A stretch of 64,000 bases of DNA from Clostridia bacterium (GTDB taxonomy: Bacteria; Bacillota; Clostridia; RUG12999). The position numbers were made by a program, and so were the translations under genes. The stretch is taken from assembly GCA_017467445.1 (NCBI GenBank), contig JAFTSG010000005.1, positions 12,112 to 76,111 of the forward strand, given 5' to 3'. Below, in pieces: positions 1-9,123 of this stretch; within the stretch, counting starts at the first letter, position 1, and each line of letters opens with the position of its first letter. The notes beneath the pieces were generated by a model. That model was not told the origin of the DNA. It searched no databases and saw only the letters and a program-made list of their open reading frames with translations.

Positions 1-393
1 TCCGATTGCGTGTGTGAGGAGTTTAACCATTTGGTTGTATGTAACATTACCATTCGGGTTAAATTTTCCGTCGCCGTTACCTACCATAATGTTTGCACCG
101 TTAGCAAGCTGAATATATCCTGAATATTCGTTGCTGGAGTCAACATCTGTAAAAGGTGTATCTGCAGGAGGAACGTTTGCACCCTGTCCAAGACACATCA
201 TAACAATTTTTGCCATTTCGGCTCTTGTGATTGTTGCTTCCGGATCTGCATCCGCTTCCATAATACCAAGTCTTGCAAGGAAATCAATTTCCTCTGCGCC
301 AACGGCAGTGGTAGCTACTTCTTCTGCCATAGTAACCATACCACAGGAAAATAACATTGCAAGTGCCAATAATACGCTGATTATTTTTCTCAT
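1..393 (-). CDS. S-layer homology (SLH) domain secreted protein, 5' part only (runs off window)
   Basis: Not in ORF track. Hand translation from ATG at 393 (GGAGAG RBS at 401-406): MRKIISVLLALAMLFSCGMVTMAEE...ITRAEMAKIV...PFTDV...YSGYIQLA...IMVGNGDGKFNPNGNVTYNQMVKLL, i.e. signal peptide plus SLH motifs. Confidence 0.85.
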   Translation of the reverse strand, partial: MRKIISVLLALAMLFSCGMVTMAEEVATTAVGAEEIDFLARLGIMEADADPEATITRAEMAKIVMMCLGQGANVPPADTPFTDVDSSNEYSGYIQLANGANIMVGNGDGKFNPNGNVTYNQMVKLLTHAIG

Positions 394-406
394 TTAAAAC
401 CTCTCC

Positions 407-3199
407 TTATTGAATTTTTTTTGAAGCCCACTGTGATGTTACAGGTGAAAGATTACTAGCATCCCACAAATGAGCTTTTATTGTGCATCCTGACAAATCG
501 GTCGAAGGATCGATTGTTATTGATACTGTTTCTCCGTAATTCGAATCATCCGGTACTGCTAAGTCACTATAGCTTCCATTGATAAGGTTGTTATTTGCAT
601 CATAGATTGCAATTGCAATTCTTACAGATGCTTCACTATCTCCGGATATGTTTCTGATTACAACCTTAGCCTGGAGTGTGTCACCATTCTCAGTATCAAT
701 ATCAGAAAGAAACTCAATTTCTTCTTCTGCGCTGTTTTCAATTGTGAAGCTTACAACATCTAATTTTGAAACTTCGTAAGTTTTTTTAAGTACACTCGCG
801 TTGCCGAATTTATCAAGTGCTTCAACTTTAATGTTCAGTACTTCGCCGGGAACAAGTGCACGTCCGAGAGATTCTTCATTTAATACTAATGATGTTGTAT
901 TAAGATCCTTGATTTCTTTATCGTTAACAGACACTTTATATCCCTTGAATCCAGCTGTAGCCATTTCAAATGAACCAACAATTTCTGCCTCGTCTGTTGC
1001 TGACGGCCATGTGAGCGTAATGTCGTTGTTTTCAGAGTTGTAAGATGCTTCAAGTTCTCCTGGTTCAAATACCGGAGCTTTAACATCATCATAAATTCCG
1101 GTGTTGAGTTTACCGTCTAATATTTCTTCTGAACTATTAAATTGATATGTAAGTTCGTTTGTTTTAACAGCTGAACTGTTTGTAATGTAAAGTAAAGAAA
1201 ACTCATCGTCATCGCTAAGGGATTTAATTTTAATGGTGTTCCAGCCTGCTTTAAGGTCAAATGTTTTGTCAGCTTTTACCCAATCAAACATTGCACCCGT
1301 ACTATTTGTTACAGCCTTAGAACCTAACGGGTCGGTTACCTCTTTGCCGTTAATAGAAAGATAGAATCCGTAACCGTTTTGTTCTACATGCATAAATGCT
1401 GTGTATTTACCCGGTTCATCAACATAAATTCTTGCTGTCGATACGGCATCGGCCACCTCTGATAATACTACGTTACCTCTGGCATAAGAAACTGCTGCAC
1501 CTTGGGTGAGTCTATAACAGTTTAATTCGTCTATCATTGTGGTGGTAATAATACCACCATATGGTCTCCATTGCGCGGGGTTGGTCAACATATCAGCAAA
1601 GTGTTCCTTTCTGATAAGGAAGTGTTCTGTTCCCATACCAGAAGTAACTGTTGTACGAAGTTCGGATGAATAAAGTCCTACACGGTCTTTTGCAACAACC
1701 AATACTTCTTTGGATTCATGAGGAAGAAGCGGTATTGTACAAGATGTATTTGGCGTTTCTACAAAAGCAATAAGATTTGACGGATCCATAGAATCTTCAT
1801 AGACTTCATAACCAAGAACTTCTGTGTTATCAGTTGCTTCATCCCATGTGATTGTTGATGAGAGTGCTGCATTTTCAACTGAAATTCCGCCACTCAATGT
1901 CGGGGGAGTTTCATCTTCAGGACCTGTTGTTCTGAAGATTGCTGTATCTGTTGCCACATTTCCAAAATGGTCTATTGCTTCAACCTTAAAGTTGTAGTCT
2001 GAACCTGTAAAACGAGCATTATATGTGTATGTTGTTGTTCCGTCTGTTATTGTAGCAATAAGTTTGTTACTTTCATAAATGTTTACTTCATAAATTCCTG
2101 AAGCATCAGCATAGAAGGTTGAAACCTCGCCGCTTACTGAATCATAACCGGTACCCCATGCGTTATCTATGTGGTCGTCCATGTTTTTACCTACATATTC
2201 TCTTTTGGGGTCAGCCTGTGTCCAGCTGAATTCAATTGTGTTGTCTGTACATTTTGCGCCAGCTTCATCAATTTCAACTGTAGGAGCATCAAGGTCGGAA
2301 TATTCACGAAGGTTGATAAATCCATCTGTTACCCAGTCTTCATGGTACTGACCGTCAGCAAAGTATTTGATATTCTGTCCGTCGTAGCTGGCATTTGTAC
2401 CTGTTGTTGACAAAACGCCGTATGTACCTATATATGCAAAGGTGCTTGAATCTCTTTCGTTATCGTTTGTCACAAACATTGCAGACATTCTTGAACTTGT
2501 GCCTGTTGATGTAATTGCAATTGTATTTTTGCCTGCATTAAAATCTGCCGTTACTTTATCCCAGTAGTACTGGTTTTTGTATTCTACATAAGGATCAGGG
2601 AAACGGCCTGCTATACAGTAACGTGAAACTGTCTGCACATTACCAACGGTATCGTTTTTATCGTCATATACATATGTTTCCTCACCAATAGCCTGCTCTG
2701 TACCGCGGTTTACAGCAATTTTCCAACCCGAATTAAGTTTGGGGAAGGAGGCGTCTGACGGATCTAGAGCAATGTTGGATTGGCTTGGTGCGTCCGTATA
2801 CGGAACAAGCGCCCAAATTGTGTATGTACCTGCTGTTTTTACATAAACATCAATTGTGTTTGATGCATTCTGACCTGCTGTTGCAGCACCAAAATAGTAG
2901 GTACCGCTGTTATTGTCGTAGTTTACATCGCCGTCCCACTCTGTTGAACCAACAGCAAGAACGCCTGAATCCGCATAGAATCTTGCGTTAACCGGATAAA
3001 GACGTCCCGTGTTATCCGGGCGCGGATAAGGATAGGCATTCATTTTTTCCAGCTTAACATTAGTTCCGTCAATAAGGTTTGCATAGCTAAAGTAGTAATA
3101 TTCGTAATCTCCAACTACTGATACAGCGTTAACTGTAAAGCAAGCAAGGAGGCTTACCATCATTACTATAGCTAAACATAAAGAGAGTAATTTTTTCAT
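407..3199 (-). CDS. Large secreted protein with CBM-like beta-sandwich modules, fibronectin type III-like repeats and a C-terminal Ig-like domain
   Basis: Signal peptide MKKLLSLCLAIVMM; FN3-like DETPPT..ITWDEATDN..VLGYEVY; CBM-like segments (AGTYTIWA..AGKNTIAI; PGKYTAFM..LKAGWNTIKI); start overlaps upstream stop. Confidence 0.7.
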   Translation of the reverse strand: MKKLLSLCLAIVMMVSLLACFTVNAVSVVGDYEYYYFSYANLIDGTNVKLEKMNAYPYPRPDNTGRLYPVNARFYADSGVLAVGSTEWDGDVNYDNNSGTYYFGAATAGQNASNTIDVYVKTAGTYTIWALVPYTDAPSQSNIALDPSDASFPKLNSGWKIAVNRGTEQAIGEETYVYDDKNDTVGNVQTVSRYCIAGRFPDPYVEYKNQYYWDKVTADFNAGKNTIAITSTGTSSRMSAMFVTNDNERDSSTFAYIGTYGVLSTTGTNASYDGQNIKYFADGQYHEDWVTDGFINLREYSDLDAPTVEIDEAGAKCTDNTIEFSWTQADPKREYVGKNMDDHIDNAWGTGYDSVSGEVSTFYADASGIYEVNIYESNKLIATITDGTTTYTYNARFTGSDYNFKVEAIDHFGNVATDTAIFRTTGPEDETPPTLSGGISVENAALSSTITWDEATDNTEVLGYEVYEDSMDPSNLIAFVETPNTSCTIPLLPHESKEVLVVAKDRVGLYSSELRTTVTSGMGTEHFLIRKEHFADMLTNPAQWRPYGGIITTTMIDELNCYRLTQGAAVSYARGNVVLSEVADAVSTARIYVDEPGKYTAFMHVEQNGYGFYLSINGKEVTDPLGSKAVTNSTGAMFDWVKADKTFDLKAGWNTIKIKSLSDDDEFSLLYITNSSAVKTNELTYQFNSSEEILDGKLNTGIYDDVKAPVFEPGELEASYNSENNDITLTWPSATDEAEIVGSFEMATAGFKGYKVSVNDKEIKDLNTTSLVLNEESLGRALVPGEVLNIKVEALDKFGNASVLKKTYEVSKLDVVSFTIENSAEEEIEFLSDIDTENGDTLQAKVVIRNISGDSEASVRIAIAIYDANNNLINGSYSDLAVPDDSNYGETVSITIDPSTDLSGCTIKAHLWDASNLSPVTSQWASKKIQ

Positions 3200-4932
3200 T
3201 ATTTAGCTCCTCCTTCCAGAACGCCGTAGATAACTTTGGCGCCCATAGCTCTGGTTGTTGTGCCCTGCGGGTCAAATCTGTTTGAACCAACGCCGTTTAC
3301 AACACCTGCTCTGTAGAGGTAATCAACTGCTTCTTTTGCCCAGTCCGAAATTTCAGCACCATCTGCAAATGCAGCTGCATTGTTTACCATTTTAAGCTCT
3401 ATTCCAAGAGCTTTGATTGCTCTGTATACCATTGTGCAAAGCTGTTCTCTTGTAAGAGAATCGCCAACACCGAATGTTGTTTCGCTCGTACCGTTTACGA
3501 TACCGCTGTTATATGCAATTGCAACAAAGTTTGCGTACCATTCGCTTGCAACAACATCTGTGAACGGTGTGTTGCCGCTTGCTTTGATGTCGAGTGCGCC
3601 AACAAGAATTTTAACGAACTGTTCACGTGTTAAAACGTCGTTAGGAGCAAATTTGCCTGCTGCAACACCATTAACAATACCATCTTTTGCAAGAGCGTTA
3701 ATTGCTTCTTTTGCCCATTCTACACTGCCAAGGTCATTAAAGAGGTCTTTTTCAGGTACAACAGGAACTGTAGGTCCAACTGTGATTGATGTTGAAGGAC
3801 CGCCATTTGTATCCGGGGTAGCGTTGTTAACAGCATTTCTGTATGCAAGTTCTGCCGCATCAAGAGCTGCATCAAACGCAGTTTCAACAGCTGCAAGGGT
3901 TGCATATGTTCCGTTTACATATGTTTTATTTACCATAGCGTCACGAACCATATCTCTGTACACGTCTGTCGGAAGAGCATTGTATCTATCAAGACTCATT
4001 ACAGCAGGGTTTGTGTAACCTTTTCCGTTTGTGTATGTAATGTAATCAATAAAGTTTGCTTTTGTTGCCTGATTTAAGTTATTGTAAAGAGCAAGAGCTG
4101 TTGCTTTGTCGAATGTTTCAACAACCTTATCTCCTTCATAAAGTTCAAAGCCTTGTCTAATGAGAGCTGCTTCAATTGCCGGGTACTGAGCCGGCGCAAG
4201 GCTTTCATACCAGCTTGTATCAAAACCGAATACGTTTTTGTATTTTGCAACAACATCAGTAGCCAAGCCGTTATTAAGAAGATCAATTGTTACAGCCTGG
4301 TTGAACTTTGCAAGGAATTTATAGTAACCTGACTGGTCAACTGCATAGTCCTCATTACACAACAAAGCCATAATTGCAGTTTTGTTGGGTGCTGCCACAT
4401 AATCAGAACCCGCTGCACAGTTTACATCAAACTGTGTAGCATTATTGCCGTCACCGTCAAAGTTGTCTGTGTTTCCTTCAAGGTATGCCTTAAGTGCTGT
4501 GCTATCAAGCGGATTTACAGCGTTAATGAAATCCACAGCGCTTGCTGTGTTAACAAATGTAAATGTGTCACCTTTTTCTTCGTCATCGGAGGGGTTAATG
4601 TCAAGGCCTGTGCCGCCCATTTCCACACCGTATGTACCTGTGAGGTCTGTTGCCGGGTTCATTTCGAATTCGAAGGTAACTGTTCCGTCATCACCTACTT
4701 CTGCATCGTTCCAGTAAATGTCGGTAGTGCCATCGGTAACAACAATGTTAACTGTTTTACCCGCAGCCGCCGCACCGTCCGGATGCTTTGCAGTGATTGT
4801 AACAGTCTTATTGTCAGAAGCATCGAGTGTTACTTCTACATCTGTTACAGATGCTGCTGATATAGTTATGACCATCATAAGAGCCATTACTACAAACAGA
4901 GCCACTGCTTTTGTGAATGTTTTCATTCTCAT
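3199..4932 (-). CDS. Secreted protein with three C-terminal SLH domains
   Basis: Signal peptide; FNDLGSVEWAKEAI..GIVNG..FAPND.LTREQ, FTDV..WYA..GIVNG..LTREQ, FADG.EISDWAKEAV..GVVNG..FDPQG.TTRA; GGAGG RBS. Confidence 0.9.
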   Translation of the reverse strand: MRMKTFTKAVALFVVMALMMVITISAASVTDVEVTLDASDNKTVTITAKHPDGAAAAGKTVNIVVTDGTTDIYWNDAEVGDDGTVTFEFEMNPATDLTGTYGVEMGGTGLDINPSDDEEKGDTFTFVNTASAVDFINAVNPLDSTALKAYLEGNTDNFDGDGNNATQFDVNCAAGSDYVAAPNKTAIMALLCNEDYAVDQSGYYKFLAKFNQAVTIDLLNNGLATDVVAKYKNVFGFDTSWYESLAPAQYPAIEAALIRQGFELYEGDKVVETFDKATALALYNNLNQATKANFIDYITYTNGKGYTNPAVMSLDRYNALPTDVYRDMVRDAMVNKTYVNGTYATLAAVETAFDAALDAAELAYRNAVNNATPDTNGGPSTSITVGPTVPVVPEKDLFNDLGSVEWAKEAINALAKDGIVNGVAAGKFAPNDVLTREQFVKILVGALDIKASGNTPFTDVVASEWYANFVAIAYNSGIVNGTSETTFGVGDSLTREQLCTMVYRAIKALGIELKMVNNAAAFADGAEISDWAKEAVDYLYRAGVVNGVGSNRFDPQGTTTRAMGAKVIYGVLEGGAK

Positions 4933-5039
4933 ATTATCTTTCCTCCCTTAGTGCAAAAGCACAAATTATTTAATTGAGAATACACGTTTTATGCCATTTT
5001 TGGCATACACGTATAAGGGGAGATAGTTCTCCTTAAATA

Positions 5040-5068
5040 ATTATAGCATTTTTACTAATGTTTGTCAT
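5040..5068 (-). promoter_or_regulatory. Sigma-A promoter of the SLH operon
   Basis: ATGACA-17 bp-TATAAT with an extended -10 TG on the minus strand. Confidence 0.6.
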
Positions 5069-5356
5069 TGACATTTAAGACATTAAATTGTAGGATTTGG
5101 ACATAATATTCGAAAATTTTTCTGTTTTGTTGTACAAAATTCTAATACATTTTTTATTCAAAAATAAAAATTTCTGCCGGAATTGTGCACAACTTTTGAA
5201 AAAAAATTTATATCTTTTGGCAAAATGCACATTTTTCACTCTTCCTGTTTGTGAAAATTACTTTTTATACTATATATATTTAAATAGGTAGGAACCTGTG
5301 TTTTTTTACAAAAATTGTATTTACTGGACACCTCAAATATTGCCAAATAGTCAATT

Positions 5357-5401
5357 GCACTAAATAAACGGGTCTTCTTGAGAAGACCCGTTTATTTAGT
5401 G
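5357..5401 (-). terminator. Long inverted repeat at the end of the AraC gene (probable terminator)
   Basis: CACTAAATAAACGGGTCTTC-TTGA-GAAGACCCGTTTATTTAGTG perfect inverted repeat overlapping the stop codon. Confidence 0.65.
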
Positions 5402-6265
5402 ATTTTCGGCGTGCTGTTTACGCCATTGTTTCGGTGTAAGCCCGTAATGCCGTTTGAACTGACGGCAGAAATGCCCGCTGTCCTCAAACCCACTGCGGTG
5501 CGCAATCTCTTCAATACTGAGAGAGGTTTTTATTATCATATTATTTGCTTTATACATCCTTATAGTGTTGAGATATGTCATTGGTGAGGTACGGAAATGC
5601 TCCTGGAACAGACGTGTAAAATGCCTGCATGAATAATGCGTAAGAGATGCCAAGTCTTCAAGCTTGATTGAATCTGCATAGTTGTTTTCCATATATGTAG
5701 CAACGTTTGCTATTATTTCAACACTCGAACCGCTTGATATTTTATTTTTGCTTGAACAGTAACGAGAAATGACCGATACCAATGACAAAAATATATATTT
5801 TGATGTTTCTTCATATTCCGGTTTTTTGTTTATGAACTCTTCTTCAAGCAGGATTGCAAGCTGTTCTGCATTTTTTATCATATCACGACCAAGTGAATTG
5901 TTAAGACATTGCTGTCCGTTTGCCATCCGATGGGGATTATGTATGAATAAAAGCTGGAATTCTTTTAAATTTTTAAGTGCACCCACTTCAAAAAGCAGGT
6001 TTTCATAATTAAAACGGATGACACAAATCCTGAAATTCTCCATATTTATATATTCACAGTCAGTTCTCGGAAAAAGTACACGAACATCTCCCGCTGTAAC
6101 ACGTGCAAGGCAGTCCCCCACTTTTTCCACAGCGTTACCGCCAAGTGTTATTATCAAACAAGCTTCATCACTTACTTTGAATCCGTCACCATTTTTTGTA
6201 ATAATTTCAACAGAAGTCAAAAGCGAATCCGTTTTTATTTCAACCGCTTCTTCGGTTTCAGCCAT
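5396..6265 (-). CDS. AraC-family transcriptional regulator
   Basis: C-terminal double HTH (IKLEDLASLTHYSCRHFTRLFQ..SIEEIAHRSGFEDSGHFCRQFKRHYGLTP); start set at ATG 6265 after GGAGG. Confidence 0.9.
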   Translation of the reverse strand: MAETEEAVEIKTDSLLTSVEIITKNGDGFKVSDEACLIITLGGNAVEKVGDCLARVTAGDVRVLFPRTDCEYINMENFRICVIRFNYENLLFEVGALKNLKEFQLLFIHNPHRMANGQQCLNNSLGRDMIKNAEQLAILLEEEFINKKPEYEETSKYIFLSLVSVISRYCSSKNKISSGSSVEIIANVATYMENNYADSIKLEDLASLTHYSCRHFTRLFQEHFRTSPMTYLNTIRMYKANNMIIKTSLSIEEIAHRSGFEDSGHFCRQFKRHYGLTPKQWRKQHAENH

Positions 6266-6296
6266 TTGGTGCACCTCCAAAAATAGATATGTCCAA

Positions 6297-6325
6297 ATTA
6301 TACAATACTTTTTGCGAAATGTCAA
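6297..6325 (-). promoter_or_regulatory. Sigma-A promoter of the AraC gene
   Basis: Perfect TTGACA-17-TATAAT. Confidence 0.75.
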
Positions 6326-6372
6326 TATTTAATTAAAAATATTTTCCCGTTTTTTTGTATCGCATAAAACTG

Positions 6373-6401
6373 TTGATTTTTTATAGCATATATGATATAA
6401 T
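6373..6401 (+). promoter_or_regulatory. Sigma-A promoter of the def operon
   Basis: TTGATT-17-TATAAT with TGn extension. Confidence 0.65.
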
Positions 6402-6448
6402 AAAACAGATTATAAAATGGAGTTTTATGTTTAATTGGAGGGATATTA

Positions 6449-6919
6449 ATGGCACTTCGTCAAATACTTACAATCGGTGACGAAACTTTATATAAAAAAT
6501 GCAGAAAAGTTGAGCTTTTTGATACAAGACTTCACACTCTTCTTGATGATATGAAAGAAACTATGTATGCCGCAGCAGGTGTTGGCCTTGCCGCAATTCA
6601 GATTGGTATTTTAAAACGTGTTGTTACAATTGATACCGGAGAAGGGCTGCTTGAGCTTGTTAATCCTGAAATTATCGAAACGCGTGGCAGCGAGGAGGCG
6701 GCTGAAGGATGCCTTTCCGTGCCGGGAAAACAAGGAAACGTGGTTCGCCCGACATATGTTAAAGTGCGTGCACAGGACAGAAACGGCGAGTTTTACGAAG
6801 TCGATGGTGAAGGTCTGCTTGCAAGGGCATTTTGCCACGAAATTGAACACCTTGACGGACATTTGTATATAGAAAAAGCAACTGACATTGTTGACAGAAA
6901 TTTTGAGGACGAAGAATAA
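6449..6919 (+). CDS. def: Peptide deformylase
   Basis: GVGLAAIQIG, EGCLS and HEIEH motifs. Confidence 0.97.
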   Translation: MALRQILTIGDETLYKKCRKVELFDTRLHTLLDDMKETMYAAAGVGLAAIQIGILKRVVTIDTGEGLLELVNPEIIETRGSEEAAEGCLSVPGKQGNVVRPTYVKVRAQDRNGEFYEVDGEGLLARAFCHEIEHLDGHLYIEKATDIVDRNFEDEE

Positions 6920-7836
6920 TGAATATTATGTTTATGGGTACTCCCGATTTTGCTCTGATAAGTCTTAAAAAGCTGGTGGAATGCGGATATAATGTGACAA
7001 GTGTTGTCTGCCGCGAGGATAAACCCAAGGGCAGAGGCGGACAGATGGCTATGCCGCCGACAAAAGAATTTGCAATAGAAAAAGGCATTAATGTATATCA
7101 GCCGAACACCTTCAAAGACGGGGCTTTTGCCGAGGTTCTTGAAAAGGAAAATCCCGATATTATCATTGTTGTGGCATACGGACGGATTCTGCCGGAGTAT
7201 GTTCTTAACTACCCTAAATACGGATGTATAAATCTGCACGGGTCTGCCTTACCGAAATACAGAGGCAGTGCACCAATTCAGTGGACCGTTATCAATGGCG
7301 ATGACTTTGCCGGCGTTTCCACTATGTTTATGGATGTGGGGCTTGACACGGGCGATATTATAGATGTTTACACCACTCCCCTCGGCGAAAACGAAACTGC
7401 GGGCGAGCTTTTTGACAGACTTGCTTTAAGCGGTGCAGAGCTTTTATGTAATACAGTTGAAAAAATCAAATCGGGCAATGCTACTCGCACACCTCAGAAT
7501 GAAGATGAAGCAACATATGCGCCTATACTCAATAAGGAAATGGGTAAACTGCGATTTGATATGCCTGCCGAAAAAATCCGCAATCTCGTGCGTGGGCTCA
7601 ACCCGTGGCCGTCGGCATATGTAAATACAAACAAGGGAATAATGAAAGTACACTCGGCAGAGGTTACCCGCAAAAATGCAGGTGTTCCCGCAGGAACAAG
7701 AATCCCGTCAAAAGACGCTATTGTTATTCAAACATCCAACGGTCAGATTTCTCTTACAGAAGTTCAGCTTCAGGGCAAAAAACGTATGTCTGCGGCAGAA
7801 CTTCTCCGCGGACACGATATAGTTATTGAGGAATAA
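6919..7836 (+). CDS. fmt: Methionyl-tRNA formyltransferase
   Basis: FMGTPDFA, INLHGSALPKYRG, RGLNPWP; follows def. Confidence 0.97.
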   Translation: MNIMFMGTPDFALISLKKLVECGYNVTSVVCREDKPKGRGGQMAMPPTKEFAIEKGINVYQPNTFKDGAFAEVLEKENPDIIIVVAYGRILPEYVLNYPKYGCINLHGSALPKYRGSAPIQWTVINGDDFAGVSTMFMDVGLDTGDIIDVYTTPLGENETAGELFDRLALSGAELLCNTVEKIKSGNATRTPQNEDEATYAPILNKEMGKLRFDMPAEKIRNLVRGLNPWPSAYVNTNKGIMKVHSAEVTRKNAGVPAGTRIPSKDAIVIQTSNGQISLTEVQLQGKKRMSAAELLRGHDIVIEE

Positions 7837-7838
7837 AT

Positions 7839-9119
7839 ATGAACGAACGACACTTAGCACTTTCCATTCTTATGAAAACCGAATCGGAGGGCGCATATTC
7901 AAATATTGAAATTAATAAAACCTTTGCCGCTGCCGATATTGATTCGCGCGGCAAGGCGTTTGTTACAAATATTGTATACGGCGTATTGCAAAACAAAATC
8001 CGTCTTGATTATATCATAAGTCAGTTTTCGAAATTGCCGATGAAAAAAATTACAGACGATGTGAAAAACATTCTCCGTATGGGGCTTTATCAGCTTATTT
8101 TTATGGATAAGGTTCCCGAATATGCCGTTGTTAACGAAAGTATCAAACTTGTGCGGAAATGCAAAAAAGCATCCTCCGCAGGATTTGTAAATGCTATCCT
8201 GCGCGGATATATCCGCAATGGTATAGCTTATCCCAAAGATGCCCTTTCGTATGAGTGCACATACTATTCATATCCCGAATGGCTTGGGAGGCTTCTTTAT
8301 GAAGCGGTTGGCACAGATGCAACAAAGATTATGGCATCCGGCAATATGACTCCCCCGTTTTCCGCAAGGGTGAACACACTTAAAATAAGCCGCGACGAGT
8401 TTATTGAAAAAACAGGCGCAAAAGCCTGCACCATTTGCGATGATGGCGTGATTTTCGAAAGCGGTATTTCCGTTTCCGATGACGAAATGTTTAGAAACGG
8501 ATATTATTATCCGCAGGATGAGGCATCAATGATGCCTGCAAAAGCACTTTCCCCAAAAGAAGGTGAAACCGTTATTGACGTTTGCGCTGCGCCGGGCGGA
8601 AAAACCACGCATATTGCACAGCTTATGGGTAATAAAGGCAAAATTTTTGCTTTTGACATATATAAACATAAGCTGAAGCTTATTGAGGATAACGCAAAAC
8701 GTCTTGGGATTGATATAATCTCCCCCGTTTTGCAGGATGCATCTGAAATAAATGATGAGTACATCAGCATTGCGGATAAGGTGCTTGTTGATGCGCCGTG
8801 TTCCGGACTTGGGATTTTGCGCAGAAAACCTGAAATCAAATACAACCGCACTCCTGAAGATTTGGTTTCACTTTCTACTTTGCAGCAAAAAATTTTGGGT
8901 TCATCCGCAAAATATGTCAAACCGGGCGGCGAACTTGTGTATTCCACATGCACAATAAACCCCGGAGAAAACGAAAAAGTGATTGAAGAATTCCTTGCAA
9001 ATAACAAGAATTTTGAGCTTATAGATTTGGATTTTGAAAACAGTCCTTATATAAAACTGTTTCCTCATATTCATAATACCGACGGCTTTTTTATAGCTAA
9101 GGTAAGGAGGGTGTTATAA
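7839..9119 (+). CDS. rsmB: 16S rRNA m5C967 methyltransferase RsmB/Sun
   Basis: NusB-like N-terminus; DVCAAPGGKT, DAPCSGLG, YSTCT. Confidence 0.95.
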   Translation: MNERHLALSILMKTESEGAYSNIEINKTFAAADIDSRGKAFVTNIVYGVLQNKIRLDYIISQFSKLPMKKITDDVKNILRMGLYQLIFMDKVPEYAVVNESIKLVRKCKKASSAGFVNAILRGYIRNGIAYPKDALSYECTYYSYPEWLGRLLYEAVGTDATKIMASGNMTPPFSARVNTLKISRDEFIEKTGAKACTICDDGVIFESGISVSDDEMFRNGYYYPQDEASMMPAKALSPKEGETVIDVCAAPGGKTTHIAQLMGNKGKIFAFDIYKHKLKLIEDNAKRLGIDIISPVLQDASEINDEYISIADKVLVDAPCSGLGILRRKPEIKYNRTPEDLVSLSTLQQKILGSSAKYVKPGGELVYSTCTINPGENEKVIEEFLANNKNFELIDLDFENSPYIKLFPHIHNTDGFFIAKVRRVL

Positions 9120-9123
9120 CATC

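Noticed and set aside
3380-4018. 212-aa plus-strand ORF and similar long antisense ORFs (21787-22578, 45692-46348, 58876-59562)
   Set aside because: Each lies opposite a well-supported gene and has no recognisable domain.
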